DNA of 64,000 bases from Lytechinus pictus. Its lineage: Eukaryota. The notes under the pieces were generated by a model. That model saw only the letters and a program-made list of their open reading frames with translations, was not told the origin of the DNA and searched no databases. A program made the translations under genes and the position numbers. The stretch lies in assembly GCF_037042905.1 (NCBI RefSeq), contig NC_087251.1, forward strand, positions 26,414,001 through 26,478,000, read 5' to 3'. Below are positions 53,469-64,000 of the stretch, in pieces; position 1 is the first letter of the stretch; the number at the start of each line of letters is the position of its first letter.

Positions 53469-53795
53469 TAGACTAGGCCTATGCTACTTGCTAGGCCTTC
53501 ATGTAGTAAGTAGTTCAAGTCATCGCAGTTAAACTTTATCATGTTTGACTCGTTCAAGAAAAATGACAGTCTATGCAATCCCCCACAAATACAAATAGAT
53601 CTACATTGTACACTGACTACACACCCTTATTTAATTGTATATATCTCAATGATAGATCTATTTAAAATTATTTAATGTCCGTCAAAAAAGAATTATTCGC
53701 CCACACTTGAATTGTGACAGGCCCCGATTACCAACTTAACTTTAAATTATCTCCCTGTAGGAGTGTAGATCTAGTAGATATAATATCTAACTTAA

Positions 53796-55603
53796 AGGAC
53801 AAGTCCACTCCAACAAAAAGTTGATTTGAATAAAAAGAGAAAAATCCAACAAGCATAACACTGAAAATTTCATCAAAATCGGATGTAAAATAAGAAAGTT
53901 ATGACATATTAAAGTTTCGCTAAATTTCACAAAACAGTTTTACTTTTATGCACATCCTGGCTAGTATGCAAATGAGGAGACTATGACGTCATCCATGCAC
54001 TCACTATTTCTTTCGTATTTTATTATATGAAATATGAAATATTCTAATTTTCTCATTTGTCAAGTGATACAACGATTAATTCCTCCCTGAACATGTGGAA
54101 TTAGCATTGTTTAATACTATATGTTTCAGTCAAGTTGGTCCTTATTACAAATCTAAAAAAAAAAATGAAATTTTGTATACCGTAAGTAACGGTGTATTAA
54201 CCGCACCCGTGTATTAACCGCACCCCCCATTTTCGGATGGAAAAAAAAAAAAATCAAAAAAAAAAAAAACTTACTTTCTATCTCTAATATGCGTATTTAA
54301 GAAAGAGTCAAGAACCAAAAAATATCGAAGAATTACTGGTAAAAAATGATGGGAAATCAGCGCTTCGTCACTTATCTGCAAGTTGCCGACATATTGGCCA
54401 CTTCCACACTCACCGCACACACACACATATGGTACCGGTGTTCATTGCAAGTACCGATACCAGCATCAACATGGGGGCTCACCCATACGAGAAGATCGTT
54501 CATATCATATTTCCTGCATCACAGCCCCACTTTTGCTTTCAGAATTCTGTCTAGCATTCAATGTCTTGACATGAATTTTAGACAAGGGAATTCGGGAAGG
54601 TTCAAGATACGAGAAATTTGCGATTTTGTTCAGGTGTTTTTCTTGTCTGCTTTGAACCACTACCGGTAGTTCTCAGTACGTGTGTGGCGGTATCTTACAG
54701 ACAGCAAAAAAGGGGGAAAAAATGCTAGTACCGGTATACCGTATTTTCAATGGGAGCTCTGGGCGGGAATAAAGTGAATAATATAATTAAAAATAAAAAG
54801 TCGGAAGGAGTGAAGATGGGGATTGAAGATTGATTTTGAGATGATGGATGATAGAGAGAAATGAAGGAAAGGCAAATGAAAGAAATTAATTGTCAAATAA
54901 TACCAATAATTTGTCAAACAAAATAACTTCCACGGAAAGGTAAAGCGCCAGCTTACGTTGACGTTGCGATAAACATTACACATGCATGTCTTATTCGGCT
55001 AGCTGCACCGCGCTGTGCGATTGATTGGCGTCTGAACTTTGCCGCGATGACTAAAAAATGACAACAAAGACAGAGTCACACCATTAAAAAAAAGTCAGTT
55101 TCATGAAGGTAGGTGCGTTTGTTACCGTGATATAACCTTGAGGGACATTTACGGCAGATACCGGTAGTCATAGTTGCTTCCCTTTTATACCCGCGGCTCA
55201 TACCCCTCTAAACGGGATTGCCCCAAGCGGCTACGCTCGGCCACCCGACGCGAGTTGAAAACTGGTAGTGGTATCGGGCTGAGATTGGCTTGGCTCAGAC
55301 CTGTCACCGTGTATAAACCGCACCCCCGACTTTTGATTCTGTCCCGCCGAGAAAAAGGTGCGGTTAATACACCGTTACTTACGGTAATTCAAACAATAAA
55401 AAACAAAAGAAATAGTGAGTGGTGGACATCATCGACTGACTCACCTAGTTGTGCGTATCACTGTTTTGTGAAAAATAAGCGAAACGTTAAAATGTCATAA
55501 CTTTGTTATTTTACATCTGATTTTGATGAAATTTTCAGCACTATGCTAGTTTGATTTTTCTCTATTTATTCAAGTCAGCATTTTCCTGGGGTGGACTTGA
55601 ACT
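53796..55603. mobile_element. Kolobok-like MITE (TTAA TSD) interrupted by a nested element
   Basis: TTAA|AGGACAAGTCCACTCC ... GGGGTGGACTTGAACT|TTAA; long subterminal inverted similarity. Confidence 0.85.
54180..55384. mobile_element. Tc1/pogo-like non-autonomous element (TA TSD), nested
   Basis: TA|CCGTAAGTAACGGTGTATTAACCGCACC ... GGTGCGGTTAATACACCGTTACTTACGG|TA; perfect 28-bp TIR with subterminal repeats. Confidence 0.92.
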
Positions 55604-55945
55604 TTAAGTAACTTAGCGACAGATCTAGATCTAGTCATCAATAAGGAAATTTAAAAAAATCACAAAACTTAAACTAAAGGTAAAAGAGAGTAATAGCAGC
55701 AAACAATTATTTCATGAGAAAGCCATTAAAATAAAATCAAGGCTAATTACCACCATATTATCATAGATCTAGATTTCATGCTTATTTTGCTCATTTCTCA
55801 GCAATTACACTTTTTTTTCCAGAGCCAATTGGCACATATTTTTATACAAACGCTTGGGTGGTCATTTTATTGGATCCTGTTCGAACTAATTTTGAGATCG
55901 TTATCACAATTTGGAATTTTGTGATGTGAAACATGTATGTTAGCT

Positions 55946-57743
55946 CAGGGTTGTAATAAAAAACGTTTTTAATTAAAAAAAACAAATAAAACGTTTTTTA
56001 TTGTTTTAAAACGTTTTAAATCGTTTTAAAACTTTTTTTTTTCAAGGAATGATGCAATTTTCTGTAAATCAATTAAACTATACACTAAATACAGTATGAT
56101 TTAAGCTCTTAATGTTTTAAATAAGAGATGACCACAATTTTGTTAATGAATTTCCAACAGAAAAGTTCATATTTTCCCCAAAATTACAAAATCATGGAAA
56201 TTGAATGCCTACAAAAAAAAAAGTTGATATTTTATTTTTAATACATGTACATATACATGTAGTCCTGAGGTATATTGAGTCTTGTCAATGGGGGGGGGGG
56301 GGGGGGGCAAGAAGAATTTGCACAATGGAAGAAATTGACGTACATGGGGTTCAAAGCTTAATTTCATTACAGTTATGCTTTATTTCATTTGAATCAATTA
56401 TACAAATTTTAGTGCATGAAATACAAATTCTATTCAAATCTATAAATAAAGCCCTTGAACAACTTATTTTTTTTAATTCAGGAATTCTGATCAAATGTAT
56501 ATTAAAAAAATCAGTATAGAATGTTTTTTAACCCTAAAAAGACTGGGGGGCTGATTCAGCCCCCCTCGTCATTTTTTCGCGATAAGTTTGGACAATACAT
56601 GGGGTTTCAAAGCTTAATTTCATAACCGGTAAATCAATATGCTTTATTTCATTTTTCGCGGTAAATCCGCTGCGCATTTTTTTACCGCGTCACTCAGATT
56701 TTCCTTTGTCGAGTCTCACGCAACTTTTGCGACCCCCTGGTGTGCGGTTCCGAAATTACATTTTGTAAGTGCATGCAGACCCAAAATTGCTCAAAAACGT
56801 GAACTCGTGTACAAATCCAATGCAAATAATGTTTTTAGCCAAAATTCATAAATGTGTCATTAGTTTTCCTTTAACCAATGAAAATTAATTGATTTCACCT
56901 TGTTTATGGTCAAAATATAGCCCCTTACTATTTCCATTGAAAAAAATAAAATACATAAGAAAATAAATGTGATGTTGGATTTTTTCAAAGAACATTTGAT
57001 CAGATTCCTATAAAGAGTCTGTGAACCAAAAATGAGCATTTCACTTTTCAGGGGCATTATTTAGTTAATTAGAGCAAACTTTTGATTTTACACATAAATT
57101 AGCAATAGGGGCCATTAATGTCCCCTGGTATTGTTAGGATTAAGGTTTGCTAGCTGATTATCTAATACTGTTTAAAGTACCTTTCTTCATCTTTACGAAG
57201 CACAAAGTTTTACTTGCTTTTGTGTGTACGGTGTATCTCAAGAGTATGATGTCAGGTTTATAAGTCTATCTGTAAAATATCATTGTGCTTGTGCAACACT
57301 TCCATTTCATTCAAGTACTTCTGTTACATGTACATGTATTTGAGCTCATTTTAAAGTGTTTCTTTCCCTGTCCAAAAAGTGAGCACAACACTCAGATATG
57401 TTTGTTAAAATGAGAGTAATCTTAATATGGATTAATGTGCACAATTGAACAGGGAGAAGAGGAACATGACAAAGCAATGGAGAAAGAAAGAATGAAGGGG
57501 GAAAGAGAAAGAGGAGAAAAGGAGTGGTGTTGAAAAAGAGTTTTAGTTAGAAGAAAATAATACACCACTTCAGAAATAACAGTATAAAAAAACAATATTC
57601 ATCTAAAATTACATCCATGCAAATTTATAACACACAAGTCTATGCGGTGTTTTAAAACACGTTTTTTTTTGTTAAAAAAACGGGTGTTTTAAAACGCGTT
57701 TTAAAACATGTTTTAAAACACACCGTTTAAAACGCGCCAACCC
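55946..57743. mobile_element. Degenerate hAT-like element with AAAAC/GTTTT subterminal arrays
   Basis: cagggttg... left end and ...ccaaccc right end; clusters of aaaacgttttaaa motifs at both ends; ttagct on both flanks. Confidence 0.5.
56529..57143. mobile_element. piggyBac-like MITE remnant
   Basis: TTAA|CCCTAAAAAGACTGGGGGGCTGATTCAGCCCCCC left end; right end degenerate (ttgttaggattaa). Confidence 0.5.
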
Positions 57744-58340
57744 AACTTAGCTGCTCCTTCTGCTGCTTCTGTGAGAAAATTACTTTCAGTCATTATGAAC
57801 AATTAAAATCAGGGAAGTAATGGAATTTACATTACAAGACATACACTACATGTACATGTATTGCATATGATTGGTATGTAAGAACTTACATTATGTAGTA
57901 CATTCGTAGAGTGTACAAGTACTACACGTATGTAATTTTTTGTTTAATTCTGGTAAAATCCTCACTGATATCTTATATTTCAATTATTCTGCTTCCAATA
58001 AGCCAACTTATTCAGTGGGTGAACTTCCCTTTCTATAATTTTAGTTAAATATGGTATAGGAGTGTACCATTCCATTGATGAGTCATATAGTACATGCGTA
58101 AGATATGGTAACACAGTACACCCACTCCCTTTATGAATGGGATTTGACCGTAAAGCAATCACTAAGTTGAAAATAGAACTTGCATTTGACTGCACATTCT
58201 CAACACGTGAGACTGAATAATACATTGAGGAGAGGAGTTTACTGTCTTGTGATTAAAAAAAACAAATTTTACCATGAATAATCTGCCAGTAAGTAATTTT
58301 ATGGTAGAAATATTTAATAACTGAACTGTATTTATAAGTA

Positions 58341-59158
58341 GGGGAAGGCGGGGTAAGTTGAGCCACCACCCCCAGGCCAATAATGATAGAGTCGGACATC
58401 GTGGTGGTGCCATGTATTGATGACCCATTGCATAACCCCTAACCCCACCACATTTTTTTCAACTTTGAAACAAAAAGTACTTTTTTAGAGGAAAAAATAC
58501 AAATTTCAGCCAAAAAGTAAAAAAGGGTGTGAAATAGAAATGTGCTTTTTACACGCACACGTCTTTAAATATAATAAAGACATAAGAACAACATTGTTAG
58601 TCCAGGTATGGATCTTCATTCTTGTTGTAGTTTTTTACATGATGGATGCATAAGAAATGTGTGGATGCGAAATTATCGCATTAAGTTAGGACTGGGGTAA
58701 GTTGAGTAAGCCAACATGGGGCAAGTTGAGCCATAGTAATTCTTATGGTAATGTATGTATAAAAAAAAAAAACCTTAAAAAGCCATTGATATGCAGGCAG
58801 AAAGGAGCAAATTTACATGACTGTTCTCTTCCTTTTAGAGGATGTTGGTATTTATAGAGAATAAGCGAGTGAAAAGACTTTAAATAAAAAGATTGACATG
58901 GTGGTTCTTTCCCCATACATATTGTACATAGTTTTTGTGGCTCAACTAACCCCACAGATGGGGCAAGTTGAGCCATTTGACATATCTTTTTTCAAAGGTA
59001 ACAGTGACTTTCAGTGTGGGGGTAGAAAGTTATATATAGGTGAAAAACATTTCAGAAGAATGAGATTTTAAGGCAATGTACTTATTTCTCCAAGATCATT
59101 AATCATATCAATTCTAACATGCAAAAAGCAAAGTGTCACAACTTACACCGCCTTCCCC
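58341..59158. mobile_element. Tc1/mariner(pogo)-like MITE (TA TSD)
   Basis: TA|GGGGAAGGCGGGGTAAGTTG ... CAACTTACACCGCCTTCCCC|TA; internal repeats of gggg(t/c)aagttgagcca. Confidence 0.9.
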
Positions 59159-59160
59159 TA

Positions 59161-61925
59161 TAGTCCAGGATAGAAGGGGTCGAACCTTGTTTTTTTATAT
59201 ATACAATGTTTTTTTATGGTTTCTTGTCAATTCGAGGGTGCTGATTCCGAATCTGAATGATGCCACTCGTGTAACCTTGAGCATTTTCTGCAAATTGGCA
59301 AAATCCAATATGGCCGCCAAAATATTCAAATTACCCATGAAAATCATAAAATTGTCCACACATTGGCTATAAAGTACATGCAATTGTGCTGCTGAAGTGA
59401 AATAATATCTGAAAAATGATTTTTGTCAAAATATTTATTTTCTTGATATCAAAATGGCCGCCATCATAGACCCCTGTACAATATGAATGGGGAAAATTAA
59501 TTTTTACAAAATTGAGCACTGAAATGCAAGTAATTATGATCTATGAGTGAAGCAATGTCTGAAAACGTGTTTGCTAACGATATATATCATTTGTTATGTC
59601 AGTTATGTGATAAATCCTGTATTTTTATATTCAAAATGGCCTCCAAAAGCCCTAACACTATTATGTACAATGTGAATGGTGACACAAAAAAATCACAAGA
59701 GTGAGCACTAAAATGCATTTTGTTAAGATAAACGAGTGGAATACTGACTAAAAACATTATTGTTAACGAAATTTATTATTTAACATGCCATGTATGTGAT
59801 AAACCCTGTATTTTGATATTTAATATGGCCGCCAAAGGCCCTAAAATTATGATCTACGATGTGAGAGAGGACAAAAACAATCACAAGGTGAGCACTAAAA
59901 CGTATTTTTTTGTGGTAAATTAGTGGAATACTGTCTTCAAATATAATTTGCAACGAAATATATCATTCGGATTTCATATTTGTGTCAAATTTTGTATTTT
60001 GACTTTCAAAATGGCCGCCAAAAGACATTGACTGTATTATGTACAATCGATCTGGGAAACCAATTTTCACAGGAGTCAGCACCATAACATGCATATAATT
60101 GTGATTTAAGAGTAAAATATTGTCTGAAAACATAATTTCTAACAAGATATATCATTCATTCTGCCAGGTAGGTGATGAATGATGTATTTTGAAAGTCAAA
60201 ATGGCCGCTACAGGCCCTAACGGTAGGCCTATTATGTACTTTGTGAATGGGAACATATAATTTTAACAGAATTTGGCTTTGCTTGACTAAATGGTGTCGC
60301 ATGTGTGAGTGAAATATCGTCTGAAAATATGATTTCTAACCAAATAGATCATTTCTTATGTTATTTAGGTGATAAATGCTATATTTAAATTTCAAAATGG
60401 CTGCAATATGTTTCTTTGTGGAAATTATCTTTCCCCATTGAAATTTTACATAATAAGATAAGGGACTATGGCGGCCATTTTTCATTTTTAAAGGCTGCAT
60501 TCATCACCTTTATGACACAAGCTATGTTATATTTCATTAGAAATCATTGGGCTTAGACAATACTTAACACTTACATCAAAATTAAGCCATTTTCATAGTA
60601 AAAATTTTGTCAAAATTATCTGTCCCCAGTTACAATGTACATACTACTTTGGGCTATGGCAGCAATTTTGAATTTCAAAGTAAGGCCTTTATTACCTTCT
60701 CAACCATTATGTGATGTATTTAGTCAGAAATCATATTCAAGACCAAATTTTACCCATACATCACATAGTTACGTGCGTTTTTGGTTCTCATTCTGGTGAT
60801 GATTAGTTTCCCTATACGCATGTTACAGAATTTGTAGGGGCTTGTGCGGCCGTTTTGAAAGTCAAAATACAGTAGTTATCACCTACATGGGAGAGGAAAT
60901 GTTATATTTTATTAAAAAAATAACGTTTTCAAACAATATTTTCCTTATACAACAGAATTATATGGATTTCATAGTCAGGCAAATCCTAATTCTTTCAAAA
61001 GTATTTGTCCCCATTTACATTTTAGATAATACTGTAAGGGCCCATAGGGGCCATTTTGAATTTTACAATACAGCATTTATCTCATGCATGAAAAAGGAAA
61101 TGATATGTTTTTTAGACAATATTTCACTCGTAGATTACAATTACATTCATTTTATTGTTTTTACTCTTGTGAAAATTAGTTTCTTCATTTGCTTTGTTCA
61201 TAATACAGATAGGGCATATGGCAGCCATTTTGAATGTCAACATGCAGCATAATTACCGAAATTGCAAGGGAAATGATATGTTTCGTTAGAAATCCTTGTT
61301 GTCAGACAGTGTTACACCAATATTTCGCAGTTATTGGCATTTTAAAGTCAAACAAATTCAAAGGTTGTGAAAATGATTTGTCCCCTTTTAAATATTGTAC
61401 ACAGTATAAGGGGTCTATGACAGCCATTTTGAATATCATAATACAGCATTTATCACATTAGATAGTATACAAATGACATAGTTTTGTTAATAGTCATGTT
61501 TTCAGACAGTAGTCCACTCGCAGGTCACAATCACATGCAATAATAGTGCTCTTGTGTGAAACAATATTTTCCCCATTCATATTCTACATAATAAAGTATA
61601 CAGTGGTTATGGCGGCCATTTTGAATATCAATAAAATAAATATTTTGTCAAATATCGCTTTTCCAATTGGTATTTCACTTCTGCACAACAACTACATGCA
61701 TTTTATAGCTAATGTGTGGGCAATTTTATGATTTTCATGGGTAATTTGCATATTTTGGCGGCCATATTGGATTTTGCCAATTTGCGGAAAATGCTCAAGG
61801 TTACAAGAGTGGCATCATTCAGATTCGGAATCAGCACCCTCGAATTGACAAGAAACCATAAAAAAACATTGTATATCTAAAAAAACAAGGTTCGACCCCT
61901 TGTCTATGGGGCCTATCCTGGACTA
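59161..61925. mobile_element. Academ-like non-autonomous foldback element (TAG termini, 3-bp TSD CTA)
   Basis: CTA|TAGTCCAGGATAG ... CTATCCTGGACTA|CTA; ~250-bp TIRs, then mirrored ~185-190-bp degenerate repeats containing AAAATGGCCGCC. Confidence 0.88.
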
Positions 61926-64000
61926 CTACTGTACATCGTGTTCATGTAGTATGCAGTACACAGGAGAAGAAAAAAATCTTTATGGGCATACATTTTGATC
62001 TCACCAAACAAACTTTGTGACATTGCACAGTATTACAGTTTTAATTGGACTGTACTATATGGGAATTTCCATGCATCTTTTTTTTTTTTTTATAAAGTTT
62101 TGGAGGGCTCTTTTATTTCATCGGCGCCCCCCCCCCTGTGTATATTAATTGGGATCTGTAGATGGAAGGAGATGAATTTTAACCAGTTGCCCTTGACCCC
62201 ATGCCACCAGAAAGTTATTTGCCACTCTGACATTAAATGTTGACCAGCTGGTTTAATAAAATTGTGTAGCCTAAATGATCAAGGTTGGAGCTCCTACATA
62301 AAAATATTATCACACAAATGTCCATTGGACCCTTTCATATTACTGTAAATATCTCATGAATTGTCAGTTCTATAATGTGTCAGTTGGACAAGCAAGCAAA
62401 CACAAATTGGGTAATTTCATACCTTTTTTATCAGCAAAACTATTGTAGATTCTCAGGAACATGAATGCAAATGTAGTTAACGCTATCTTAATTTCACATC
62501 GGAGAATAAATGGTGAGACACTGAAACTCAAATTATTGGAAGATTTTAAGTTTGTCATGAAATAATTGTCCTTTCAGTGACTTATGCTTGTGAATTTTAG
62601 GAAGAGCCAGTTCTAAATGTAAGTTATTATTTATTGCTCTATTATCAACACAGTTCCCACATATATTCTCCACTTAACCAATAATTTGATTGGTGCTATA
62701 TGTATGCTTCAAAGACTTCTTGCTTTTGAAGAGCGGCTGGTCACATGGAATTTCACAGACAAATGGAATGTACTTTAATACATCCCTTGCTAAAAATATC
62801 AAGAATGCAAAATTCATTTGGAATGATTTCCTGCATAAACCTGTCATTGTAAGAATATACCGGTACTTCAGAAAGTGCAAGTTTATGTTGTTGTGAAACC
62901 TTGAATTGCTGATATACAATGTGCATGTATATCAATGTTATGTGTTTAGCCTCCCTGTATATGGCCAGTAACGTAGATAGTGGGCGTGGCCTATAACTAG
63001 TTCCACCTGTCAGTCATATAATATGTCAGACTTGTTAACCCCTGAAACCTGATGAGGTATGATCAAGGATGATAGAGCTCTGTATACAGCTCTGTATATA
63101 TAGAGGGAGTTATTCCAAAGTCAAGGTTTATCTGTTTGTGTGGGTAACTGTATGCCTACATTGTAGATTTAAAGTATTATGTTCTATGGTTGCTGATAGA
63201 GCAGTTATTTTTCAACACCATTGCCATTGTGATGTAAGTATAAAACCATGAAAATTATTTTTCTACTGGGAATTGTTTTTTCCTGTAGTAGATTCCAAAT
63301 CACTGGTGCCATTTTTTGCAAGTTAGGCCTTTAGGGAGATGGGGGAGGGGGTGGTGCCTTTTTTGACATTTCAGGGGCAGAAACAATCCCTGGATTGCCC
63401 TTACTCCGTGGCCCAGTAACATTTTCTTGTTACCAACTTGTAATGAAGGGTCAATGACAGTGTTTTGTATTAAATTGAGCAAAGAATTGGGTAGCTGGTA
63501 ATGCTGGTTGTTAATTTGTCTCCTTATTCCGTATTCACTACTTTTTGTGCAATAAAGATGCAAATAATCATTGATGATATATTTCCATATGTGATTTTAT
63601 AATATCTGAGAATGAATGGATCTGTTCAAAGTAAGGAGGGTACATTCAGTGCTATTTCAATCACCAAGATATTAAATGCAGTGAAAATCAGACTGTTTAT
63701 GTTACCTGGGGCTCCTTGTCAATTTCAGGAAAAAAATGCAATCCTGGCTTGTCAACGCTCCATTTGTTGTTGACTAATTCAATTTGTGGGTGCACTGAAA
63801 AATAGTTGGCAGGGAAATAGGTCACTGAAATGGGGATCGACCAGTTTACAAACCTTTGAAAACAAAGTCCTTTCGATTGTAAACGTTAAATTTGCCTGCA
63901 ATTTTCCTGACATAGCAACAATTATGGGAACTGGGCAGGCTAGTTGAATATATGCAACTCCCCACTTGGTCCACTAGATACATTTACATGTAGAAGTGGG

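Noticed and set aside
60842..61252. 136-aa ORF in the Academ-like element as a transposase remnant
   Set aside because: Spans degenerate tandem units, starts at TTG, and shows no catalytic motifs.
45612..64000. Max bHLH-Zip exons (A(D/E)KRAHHNALERKRR...)
   Set aside because: Not found by eye or in the ORF track; presumably beyond the window, so not annotated.

Overview
AT-rich, intron-dominated eukaryotic DNA. It is probably from an invertebrate deuterostome (sea-urchin-like; inferred from the repeat families and the Max N-terminus). The only gene I recognise is the 5' end of Max on the + strand: two 39-nt coding exons at 45438-45476 and 45573-45611, encoding MSDDDRDIDVESD-DELNDGEPDNRTQ. They are followed by an intron of more than 18 kb; the bHLH-Zip exons were not found in the window. 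About 4.6 kb upstream is a divergent ETS/YY1-type promoter and a probable non-coding first exon (~40630-40725) of an unidentified - strand gene, whose introns likely fill 1-40 kb. The rest is dense with non-autonomous DNA transposons with readable TIRs and TSDs (Kolobok-, Harbinger-, Sola2-, Academ-, Tc1/pogo-, hAT- and Helentron/HINE-like), several of them nested. Highlights: (1) a SINE in two copies with a 7SL (SRP Alu-domain)-like head fused to a Deu-domain-like core; (2) a young 6.25-kb foldback element with ~1.15-kb arms carrying captured DNA inside Max intron 2; (3) internal evidence that the frequent TACATGTA / TAGGCCTA / TACCGGTA palindromes are transposon excision footprints. Almost all ORFs in the supplied track look spurious.
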